Below, in pieces: positions 19,187 to 27,018 of a stretch of 59,260 nt of DNA. The first letter of the stretch is position 1. Each line of letters begins with the position of its first letter. Source of the stretch: Ktedonobacteria bacterium (GTDB taxonomy: Bacteria > Chloroflexota > Ktedonobacteria > Ktedonobacterales > JADMIN01); assembly GCA_027307065.1 (NCBI GenBank), contig DAHUXT010000001.1, positions 1 through 59,260 of the forward strand, in the 5' to 3' direction. The position numbers and the translations under genes are program-made. The notes below the pieces were generated by a model, which saw nothing but the letters and a program-made list of their open reading frames with translations, had not been told where the DNA came from and searched no databases.

Positions 19187-20653
19187 ATGGCGTTTCAGGA
19201 TTTGCGCGACTTTATCACGTTTCTGGAGAAGAAGGGGCAGCTTCAGCGCATCAGCGCGCCTGTCTCCGCTGACCTGGAGATTACCGAGATTGCCGACCGT
19301 GTGGTGAAGGTGGGTGGCCCGGCGCTGCTCTTCGAGAACGTGCGCGGCTATGAGATGCCTGTCGTCATCAACCTCTTTGGCAGCGCGGAGCGGATGTCAT
19401 GGGCGCTAGGCGTCGAATCGCTCGACGAGCTGGGCGCGCGCATCAAGAAGTGGCTCGATCTGGTGCAGAACCGCCCGCCGGAGGGCATCATCGAAAAGGC
19501 GAAGTTATTGCCGGAACTGGCGGAACTGGCGCGTATCGGCCCGCGCACCGTCAGCCACGCGCCCTGCCAGGAGGTCGTCGTCACCGACAAGCCGTCTATC
19601 GCGAACCTGCCGATTCTCAAGTGCTGGCCCCAGGATGGTGGGCAGTATCTGACGCTCACCATGTGCCATTCGAAGGACCCCGAAACAGGCAAGCGCAACA
19701 TTGGCATGTATCGCGTGCAGGTCTATGACGAGCGCACCGTTGGCATGCACTGGCAGATTCACAAGGGCGGCGCCGCGCATTTCCGCGATGCCAAGGCCCA
19801 CGGCGGCGAGAAGAAGCGAATGGAGGTCGCCGTCGTCATCGGCGCTGACCCCGCCAGCATCTATGCCGCGAGCGCGCCGCTGCCACCTGGCGTGGATGAG
19901 CTGCTCTTTTCGGGCTTTCTGCGTCACAAGGGTGTCGAGGTGGTGCAGTGCAAGACGGTGGATGTGAAGGTGCCCGCCCATGCGGAGATCGTGCTGGAGG
20001 GCTACGTGGATACGGACGAGTTGCGCCCGGAAGGCCCATTTGGCGACCATACCGGCCACTACACGCCCGTCGAGCCGTACCCTGTCATGCATATCACCGC
20101 CGTTACCTCGCGGCGTAATCCTATCTATGCCACCACTATCGTCGGCAAGCCACCGATGGAAGACGCCTATCTTGGCAAGGCGACTGAGCGATTCTTTCTG
20201 CACCTCTTGCGCGTGGTGCTGCCGGAGATCGTAGATATCAATATGCCGGTCGAGGGCGGCTTCCATAATATCGTTATCGTCTCGATTCGCAAACGCTATC
20301 CCGGCCAGGCGAAGAAGGTGATGGCGGGCATTTGGGGCATGATGCTGATGATGCTCTCGAAGTTCATCATCGTGGTGGACGAGAACGTGGACGTGCAGAA
20401 CATGCATGAAGTGCTCTTCCGCGTGGGCAACAATATCGACCCGAAGCGTGATACGCTGCTGGTGGATGGTCCGGTGGATGCGCTCGACCATTCGTCACCA
20501 TACGAGAAATATGGCTGGAAGATGGGGCTGGATGCGACAGCCAAGTTCCCAGAGGAGGGGCATCCCCGGCCCTGGCCCGACGATATCGAGATGACGCCAG
20601 AGATGAAGGCGCTGGTAACAGAACGCTGGGCAGAATACGGCATCAAGCTCTAG
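19187..20653 (+). CDS. UbiD family (prenylated-FMN dependent) decarboxylase
   Basis: 488 aa with full-length similarity to the UbiD / menaquinone-biosynthesis decarboxylase pattern (DLRDFI..LEK.G.L, GMYR.QV, HWQ.HKGG, ...). Confidence 0.9.
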   Translation: MAFQDLRDFITFLEKKGQLQRISAPVSADLEITEIADRVVKVGGPALLFENVRGYEMPVVINLFGSAERMSWALGVESLDELGARIKKWLDLVQNRPPEGIIEKAKLLPELAELARIGPRTVSHAPCQEVVVTDKPSIANLPILKCWPQDGGQYLTLTMCHSKDPETGKRNIGMYRVQVYDERTVGMHWQIHKGGAAHFRDAKAHGGEKKRMEVAVVIGADPASIYAASAPLPPGVDELLFSGFLRHKGVEVVQCKTVDVKVPAHAEIVLEGYVDTDELRPEGPFGDHTGHYTPVEPYPVMHITAVTSRRNPIYATTIVGKPPMEDAYLGKATERFFLHLLRVVLPEIVDINMPVEGGFHNIVIVSIRKRYPGQAKKVMAGIWGMMLMMLSKFIIVVDENVDVQNMHEVLFRVGNNIDPKRDTLLVDGPVDALDHSSPYEKYGWKMGLDATAKFPEEGHPRPWPDDIEMTPEMKALVTERWAEYGIKL

Positions 20654-20661
20654 CGCGACAC

Positions 20662-21852
20662 GTGAACGCTGCGAATATAACACACCGTGCAGGCGATATG
20701 AACGAGACGAGCGAGACGACGAACAACGCATCTGATGACGTCACTCTAGCGGCGATGGAAACCCAGACGGCGCGGCCACCTCTTTGGCGGCGTCTGCTTC
20801 GCCGTGACGCGGGCTTCGGCGTGCTGGTGCTGGCTGTCTTGCTCGTCACTGTGCTCGTCATCAGCCGGCCATCGACTCCGCCAACGCACCGCGCGAAGCA
20901 ATTGCCAGCGAATGTGAATTCCGCGAATGCGCAGATCATCCCGATGCCGAATCCAACCGCCGGATTGATGCAGCCCGCGGTTGACGCGCAAGGCAGTATC
21001 TGGGTAGGCGAGATGACGGCCAACAAGCTCGCGCGCATCGATCCGCGGACAGGCCAGGTGACGGAATGGACGCCACCCAATGGCCAGCACAACATCATGG
21101 AGACGGCGATAGATCGCCACGGCATGATCTGGTTCACCGAGCAACTGGCCAATTACATTGGGCGCTTCGATCCCACCACGCAGACGTTCAAGGTGTATTC
21201 GCTCGATGTGGCGATCGGGCCACGCATGGCGCCGCAGGATCTCGCATTCGACACGAGCGGCAGGCTCTGGTTCACGCTGCTCGGTGGTCGCATTGGTCGG
21301 CTCGACCCGGCCACGGGGGCAATGCAGTCGTGGGTGGCTCCCGTGCCCGCTGGGACGTCACGCGCTTATCCGTTTAGCCTGGCCGTCACGCCGGATGGCG
21401 TCTGGTTCGGCTATCTTTCGGGCGGCGCGGTGGGCAGGCTCGATCCCGCGACCGGAGCGACGACGCTGATGCCGCTGAAGCATCCGCAGGCGGCGATCTA
21501 CGCGATGACAGCCGACGTGGCAGGGCATATCTGGTTTACCGAGATGCAACCGGCAATCCTCGGCATGATTGACGCCAGGACCAGCACGGTCACTGAGGTT
21601 GCGGTGCCAAAGCTGGCGGGCGATCCCAGCATGCTGTATGGTGTGGTGACGACACCAGATGGTGTGGTCTGGTTCGCCAGCGCGGGCTCGAACGCGGTAG
21701 TGCGTTATCAGGCGGAGACTCAGGCGTTTACATTCTATCAGTTGCCCACGTCGCAGAGCATTCCCTTCGGGCTGGCGCTAGGACACGACAGCAGCATCTG
21801 GGTCAGTGGTGATGGAGCGACCGATAACTACGTCGCGCGCATAACCCCGTAA
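20662..21852 (+). CDS. membrane-anchored beta-propeller protein, Vgb (streptogramin lyase)-like repeats
   Basis: N-terminal TM (FGVLVLAVLLVTVLVI), then repeated G.(I/L)WFTE....IGR.DP.TG units. Starts 9 nt after the ubiD stop. Confidence 0.7.
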   Translation: MNAANITHRAGDMNETSETTNNASDDVTLAAMETQTARPPLWRRLLRRDAGFGVLVLAVLLVTVLVISRPSTPPTHRAKQLPANVNSANAQIIPMPNPTAGLMQPAVDAQGSIWVGEMTANKLARIDPRTGQVTEWTPPNGQHNIMETAIDRHGMIWFTEQLANYIGRFDPTTQTFKVYSLDVAIGPRMAPQDLAFDTSGRLWFTLLGGRIGRLDPATGAMQSWVAPVPAGTSRAYPFSLAVTPDGVWFGYLSGGAVGRLDPATGATTLMPLKHPQAAIYAMTADVAGHIWFTEMQPAILGMIDARTSTVTEVAVPKLAGDPSMLYGVVTTPDGVVWFASAGSNAVVRYQAETQAFTFYQLPTSQSIPFGLALGHDSSIWVSGDGATDNYVARITP

Positions 21853-21983
21853 CAGCACGAGGCGTTTCCGTAACAATATGCAGAACAGCACGCGGAGTGA
21901 TAGGCTGCCCGCCAGGGAGGAGATCCCAGACGGGCAGTGAGGCTGACTTACCGGGTAAACGATCCGGGCGGAAAGTTCTCCGG

Positions 21984-22397
21984 TTAGCGGTAGCGCGGGT
22001 TCGCCTTCGGCATTGGGGCCGGAGCGGTTGGGTCATCGTACATGCGTCGGCGTGGCGTGTATCGCACGGGAGTGCTGTACATGCCATTGCCAGGGGTGCG
22101 CCCTGGGGTGGCTATTTCCCCCGATGAATTGCCATTCTCAGACTCACGATACGGACGCTGCGCGTCAGCATCGCGCGCGACGTAGGAGCGGTGCTCTCGC
22201 ATCGGAACCGGCGTTCCGGGCAGTGAAGCACTCGGGCCAGCAGACTGGCCTTCCAGGAGCTCAGAGCGCACAATAACAACATCGGCAGGTGCGTTGATGC
22301 AGAGCTTAACCCGTTCGCCCTCAACGGCGAGGACGTGAATCGTGATAGTACCATTGAGGACAATTGCCTCACCGGCTTTCCTGCGTAACACAAGCAT
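21984..22397 (-). CDS. csrA: carbon storage regulator CsrA homolog with about 85-aa C-terminal extension
   Basis: The first roughly 52 aa, MLVLRRKAGEAIVLNGTITIHVLAVEGERVKLCINAPADVVIVRSELLE, align to the CsrA core (Leu4 and the VxR of the HREEI region are conserved). The ORF then continues for about 85 P/R/G/Y-rich residues. Confidence 0.8.
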   Translation of the reverse strand: MLVLRRKAGEAIVLNGTITIHVLAVEGERVKLCINAPADVVIVRSELLEGQSAGPSASLPGTPVPMREHRSYVARDADAQRPYRESENGNSSGEIATPGRTPGNGMYSTPVRYTPRRRMYDDPTAPAPMPKANPRYR

Positions 22398-23526
22398 GCG
22401 TTATACCCCTCTCCAGTCTGTGACGTTCCAGCGCCGGATTCACCTGGCTGGCATTCCCTGCTGTGCTACTCTACTGATCCTGAAAAGAGTAGCCGTGTGG
22501 TCGCGCTGCAACGACCGCTCGCTTGCACAAACCATTTTGGGAGGAGGCTCCACCCTGGCCACCACTGGCCCTCCAGGGTCTGCGTGCTTCGTCGTTTGCC
22601 ATTGTCCGTAAATAGAAGTGACACAATACACATCCATTGCTATCTGCACTGGCAACGTTTCGATGGATCATCGCGCCTGTATGGTCCGCACAGTCTCTCG
22701 TATATATTTCACACTGCGCCGCCTGCCACATGGGCTCAGCGCGCAATGAGCGAGCTACCAGAGTATATGTGCGCCACCGTGCTACGGTCCTCGCGATGAC
22801 GATAACGTTTGCCGGATTGATAGCAGCCGTTGTACCCATAACAACGTAGACACCGACTTCTGGTACCGCAACTTGTGTACTACGACGAATACCGCGTGCG
22901 CGGTCACTTTTAGCTACTCTCGCGCACACCAGATCACGAGCACCGTGTGGCAATGCGCGAGACGTGGCGCCTTCATTACGAACAGTCTGCCGGGGCTCCT
23001 TGCACAAGGCATTTCCTCGGTGAGACCGTCGCCAGCCACCTCCTTTTGGGGAATCGGATAAAGCCGATTCGAGATCCACGGGTAGGATCTAGCTGGACTG
23101 GTAGGCAATCAATTCGTCAGACGGCATCATGCCATCCCTGGCATCGCCCGGCGTTTCAAGATTGCAGTCCCGCTTATCATCATAGTGTACGAGTGCCGAC
23201 GATAAGCGATGAAAGCGTTCGAATACAAGCTCTGCCGGTAGCGTACAGCGTCGTGGATTGGCTGTCAATAACCGCTTCCCCGCTGCCACACCCCAGTCAA
23301 GCCGATTGCCATGCGATGGGAGAGTGCGATGACTTGCGATGGTCGGATAATAATTGCGATGTTTGCGTCGTACGGGCTATTCCTCGCTGGTCCGCGGCAT
23401 CTGAGGACACTTTTGGTATCCCCCCCGCGCGCGACAAGCGCACCCTACCCCACTACGATTATGTCTATAATACTCTACAATTCCGGATTTGGGAATGCAT
23501 TGGTTCACATTATGAGGTAGTTACAT

Positions 23527-23562
23527 GAAAAACGTGCCCCTCACCACAATGGTAGAGGGGCA
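23527..23562 (-). terminator. intrinsic terminator downstream of the GtrA-like gene
   Basis: Minus strand reads tgcccctc-taccattgtggt-gaggggca, then cg and TTTTT. The inner acca/tggt pairing extends the stem to about 12 bp with one bulge. Confidence 0.65.
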
Positions 23563-23602
23563 ACCTGGACATCTAACGCTCAATGCCTACTATTTCGGCG
23601 GG

Positions 23603-24289
23603 TTAGAGCACTGGCGACGGCTTGTGCCGGTAGGTAAACAGATGATGGAAGGTGAAGTTGAACGCGATCGCGATGATCAGCGCCACCGCCTGCGCGGGCA
23701 GCGCTGGCACCTTGAACACCAGATGCAGCACGCCCGATATCGCGAATGTTACGATGACGCCGCCGACGCAGGTGACATGGAAGCGCGCGCACCGTTGCAT
23801 CCAGGTGCGGCTGTGCCCTGGCAAATGGCTGAAGGTAATGCGGTCGTTCGGGATGAAGTTTGCCAGGATCGAGACTTCGGTCGCGACGGCAAAGGCGATG
23901 ACGTAGTGTACGCGATGCGAGAATGGTGAGCCCGCTAGCGCATTCAGTGTCAGTTGCAGCGTGATCAGGTTGACGATGGCCGCGATGCCGCCGACAAACA
24001 GGTAGCTGAATGCCCGCTGGATCCACTCGGCGCGTCCGCCGGTCAACTGGTCGGTGAGGTCGAGCAGATGGTCAATCCGTGGCTTTCCGGTGGGATGATA
24101 GCTCGGTAGCGCGCGCTGTGGCTTCTTCACGCCAGATTCGACATCAGCTGATTGGTATGTATCGTAATATCCAGTAGACTTCTCTCTGGGCAATTCCTGA
24201 ACCATGCTTCCTCCAACGACATCTCGCCATATCATCGATGGCCTTTGTCTCCGGACTAGCGCGTCATGCGCTGAAGCATCCAGCGACAT
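23603..24289 (-). CDS. GtrA family membrane protein with N-terminal soluble extension
   Basis: The C-terminal roughly 130 aa have four TM helices and GtrA-like blocks (FVGGIAAIVNL..., ANFIPNDRITF, FNFTFHHLFTYR). Confidence 0.75.
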   Translation of the reverse strand: MSLDASAHDALVRRQRPSMIWRDVVGGSMVQELPREKSTGYYDTYQSADVESGVKKPQRALPSYHPTGKPRIDHLLDLTDQLTGGRAEWIQRAFSYLFVGGIAAIVNLITLQLTLNALAGSPFSHRVHYVIAFAVATEVSILANFIPNDRITFSHLPGHSRTWMQRCARFHVTCVGGVIVTFAISGVLHLVFKVPALPAQAVALIIAIAFNFTFHHLFTYRHKPSPVL

Positions 24290-24586
24290 CAGAACCAGCT
24301 ATCACGTAAACATCTTCCGTATTGGCTTTACCATCAGAACATGAGAAAACCATGAACAGTCAGCTAATTCCTGATATTTCTCCATAGATCTCGACGACGA
24401 GAACCATGGAGCGGTTCCCTCGGGCGCCAGAAATCGACTTATAGTAAGTCTACGCAATGTTCCCGATGCGATGGTACCCCGCCATGACCAATGTATGCCA
24501 GTACGCGCATCCGCTGTGGCTGCACACGGGTGCACTGATCCCGCTCGTCGCGGCGCATCACGTGAGCATGCGCGCACGGTTGCGGT

Positions 24587-25333
24587 TCAGTTGAACGCAA
24601 GGATGATGCCAGGTCCAATGGTCTTATTGGGGAGGTCGTCCAGGTCTTGCGTCAGCGGGTACTCGGTGGGACTCCACACCTCGAGCGCCAGGCCAATGCA
24701 GCGCATGCGGTCGCGCTCGTCCACCATGTCATCCTCATCATCTCGCGTGGTAGCGCCCTCGTCTTGCTCATCATGTGGGCGATTCTCGCCAGTGCTGGCG
24801 CTATAGTCGTCCCACCATCCGGGTGTCAGCACGATGCGCGCGAAATCCTCTGGCGCGGTATCGGGCGGCAAGAGATCGGCGAACCGCTCGGGATGCCCAC
24901 GCAGCGATTCGAGATCGGGCAGAGACGCATTGCCATCCTCGTCATCGTGCTGCCAGGTCGGGTCACTGATATAGCGATCAACCGCAACTCCACCACGCGC
25001 CAGCGTGTAGCCCGACACTGTCTCGCCGTAGTCGAAGATGGTAAAGACCGGCGCGCCGTCCAGCGTTCGCGAGAGTTCGACATCCAGACCGTCGGTGCGG
25101 TTGCCCAACTCCAGCACGGGCGTCCAGCGCGAGACCTCATGCGGACGGCAGATGAGGTAGCGGTAGGCGGCTTCCATATCGGGATCGGTGACACGCGCCA
25201 GCACCGCGCTGAACGTGCCCTCCAGGCGTAGCACCGTCTGCCGCTCTTCGCGCGTGAAGATCTCGGTAAGCGCGCGCTCGACCGCGTCAGCGTCGTGGCC
25301 ATAGACATGCAGAATTGTGGAAACTGTGCTCAT
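24587..25333 (-). CDS. acidic hypothetical protein
   Basis: 248 aa with high GC3 and a D/E-rich central segment. No family recognised. Confidence 0.6.
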   Translation of the reverse strand: MSTVSTILHVYGHDADAVERALTEIFTREERQTVLRLEGTFSAVLARVTDPDMEAAYRYLICRPHEVSRWTPVLELGNRTDGLDVELSRTLDGAPVFTIFDYGETVSGYTLARGGVAVDRYISDPTWQHDDEDGNASLPDLESLRGHPERFADLLPPDTAPEDFARIVLTPGWWDDYSASTGENRPHDEQDEGATTRDDEDDMVDERDRMRCIGLALEVWSPTEYPLTQDLDDLPNKTIGPGIILAFN

Positions 25334-25388
25334 AGCCTCTATTGTACGCTATCCCGTGCTGAATCGCACGACGATACTGGTCTTGGCG

Positions 25389-26156
25389 CTATCCCTGCCC
25401 GAGCAGCCGCCACGCCACGAACGCCACCAGCGGCATCCACGCGCCCAGCAGCAGTCCCCGCACTATCACCCCGCGTGGCGCCACTCGCTCCAGTCCGCAG
25501 GTGAGCAGCGGCAATAGCGCCACGATGCCTCCCTCGAACGCGAAGACATAGACGGGGGTGTGCCCGATGCGCGGCAGTGTGGTGTAGCGCCACCAGCCAG
25601 CGTACCAGGCGCTTTCTTCGTAGAAGGGAATGATGAGCAGACCCGCCAGTGCGGCGAGCGCCATGGCCCGCCAGCGCGAGAACATGCCCGCCAGTCGCCA
25701 GCAGAGATAGCCGAGTAGTGTCAGCACTACCATCCACGAAACCGGCATGTAGGCAGGCGACTGCCAGAGCATCGGCTCGTTCGCGGGATAGACGAGCGAG
25801 CGCGCCACCTGTTCGCCCGCGGCATCGGTGAAAAGCTCTACGATGCCTGCTACCAGCCCAAGCAGCAGGAGCCGAGTCATCAGGGGCCGCCACTCCGGGC
25901 GCGCGACGAGCATGCTGGCGAGATAGCCAAGCACGATGCCGTCGCTGATGGCGGCGGTGATCCAGCCGCGTGCCAGCACAGCCGCCACCAGATGGCACAG
26001 CGCCATGAGGACGAACATCCCCACGAACGCGAGATCGGGCAGCGGGGCGTCACGACGGAGCGAGACAGGCGCGGACGCCGACAACGGAGGTGTGGTCGGC
26101 GGCGGTGGTGTCCGTTTCAACATGGAGGCGATTTCTCTCGACATTGAGTCTGGCAA
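25389..26156 (-). CDS. integral membrane protein, unknown function
   Basis: 255 aa with a Pro-rich N-terminus followed by about 6 TM helices. Confidence 0.6.
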   Translation of the reverse strand: MPDSMSREIASMLKRTPPPPTTPPLSASAPVSLRRDAPLPDLAFVGMFVLMALCHLVAAVLARGWITAAISDGIVLGYLASMLVARPEWRPLMTRLLLLGLVAGIVELFTDAAGEQVARSLVYPANEPMLWQSPAYMPVSWMVVLTLLGYLCWRLAGMFSRWRAMALAALAGLLIIPFYEESAWYAGWWRYTTLPRIGHTPVYVFAFEGGIVALLPLLTCGLERVAPRGVIVRGLLLGAWMPLVAFVAWRLLGQG

Positions 26157-26323
26157 TTCAGGCAGGTCATTGACGCTCTTTACCAGAGTATAGCGGCCAC
26201 ATGCGCGGACGGCTCATCCAAGGGGCCATTTCATCGTTATGGAATGTGGCGTACAATACGAGTGCGTGCGGAGATGCTACTCCGCGTTTCAGACGCGAAA
26301 GCGCCACAAAAAAGGGGAATGCC

Positions 26324-26503
26324 ATGTCACCTGGTGATGTCCTCTGGGTTCTGGCCGTAATCGCATTCTGGGCATTTGTGTTCTGCCTGATGTTCCTCTT
26401 CGTCAACCTGATCTCGCGTGGCCGCGACGGCGAAGAGACTACCTGCGAGGTACCGCAACCAACGCCCTCGCCGGTGGACACCGCGGGACACGTGCCAGCC
26501 TGA
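26324..26503 (+). CDS. small membrane protein (59 aa)
   Basis: ATG at 26324 preceded by aaaaaggggaa. One TM (VLWVLAVIAFWAFVFCLMFLFVNLI). A hairpin terminator follows at 26548..26580. Confidence 0.45.
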   Translation: MSPGDVLWVLAVIAFWAFVFCLMFLFVNLISRGRDGEETTCEVPQPTPSPVDTAGHVPA

Positions 26504-26540
26504 GGGCAGCGTCGATCGTAGGATGAACCTTCTCGGAGCG

Positions 26541-26580
26541 CAAAAATGAGGGCGGTGATTGCCGCCCTCGCACTGTTTTC
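26541..26580. terminator. bidirectional intrinsic terminator
   Basis: Stem gagggcgg / ccgccctc (26548..26555 and 26562..26569) with a 6-nt loop. A5 lies upstream on the + strand, giving a T5 tail on the minus strand. tgtttt lies downstream on the + strand. Confidence 0.65.
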
Positions 26581-26738
26581 GCCGATATAACGCGCTTCAC
26601 CTTGCGACGACGCAGCCCACTTCATCCGCCGCGATCGCTGCCAGGCCACGCGAATTCATCACGGTTGTGATGGCGTTGCTGAGAGAGGCGGGTCGCCATA
26701 CGCCTTGCAATACTTGATCAGCGACAGCAGGGCCGCGG

Positions 26739-26927
26739 TCACTCCGGCGGCGAGCGCCGTCCGCCCCACATCGCTCCAGTTGACGCTCCATGCCCCAGCG
26801 CATCCGAGATGATGGGCAGCGCCGCCACGAGCGCCGCGCACGCCAGCCCTTCGATCAGTTTCAAGAGCGTCCGCTCACTGGGTGCCAGCGCTGCGTGATT
26901 ACTCGCCCGCGCAAACAGTCTCATCAT
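26739..26927 (-). CDS. holin-like small membrane protein, apparently frame-disrupted
   Basis: ATG ATG at 26927/26924 with GGGGAGGAG upstream. TM1 is LLKLIEGLACAALVAALPIISDAL. A second TM-like segment (VNWSDVGRTALAAGVTAALLSLI) continues only in a shifted frame (track ORF 26659..26841). Confidence 0.35.
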   Translation of the reverse strand: MMRLFARASNHAALAPSERTLLKLIEGLACAALVAALPIISDALGHGASTGAMWGGRRSPPE

Positions 26928-26949
26928 GTCGCTCCTCCCCATCCACTCG

Positions 26950-26990
26950 CCCACTCACCCACTTGCCCACTCACCCACTTGCCCACTCAC
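26950..26990 (-). repeat. 16-nt tandem repeat (plus strand cccactcacccacttg x2.5); G3 tracts on the coding strand just upstream of the holin-like start
   Basis: Read directly. The minus strand gives GGG-N5-GGG-N5-GGG-N5-GGG-N5-GGG...GGGG, running into the SD. Confidence 0.9.
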
Positions 26991-27018
26991 GCGTCACGAG
27001 AGCCCATGCCCGACACCC

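Noticed and set aside
19505-20491. 328-aa minus-strand ORF
   Set aside because: It lies antisense to UbiD.
22398-23450. CsrB/RsmZ-like decoy sRNA packed with GGA motifs next to csrA
   Set aside because: I counted GGA on both strands: about 10 on the plus strand and about 21 on the minus strand (as TCC) in roughly 1050 nt. That is close to random expectation of about 16, with no regular hairpin-loop GGA array.
23466-23471. Perfect TATAAT on the plus strand
   Set aside because: No acceptable -35 lies 16-19 nt upstream, and transcription from it would only run antisense into the GtrA-like gene.
26167-26649. 160-aa minus-strand ORF
   Set aside because: It spans a bidirectional terminator and an intergenic region. 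It lies antisense to the better-supported small TM ORF and shows no motifs.
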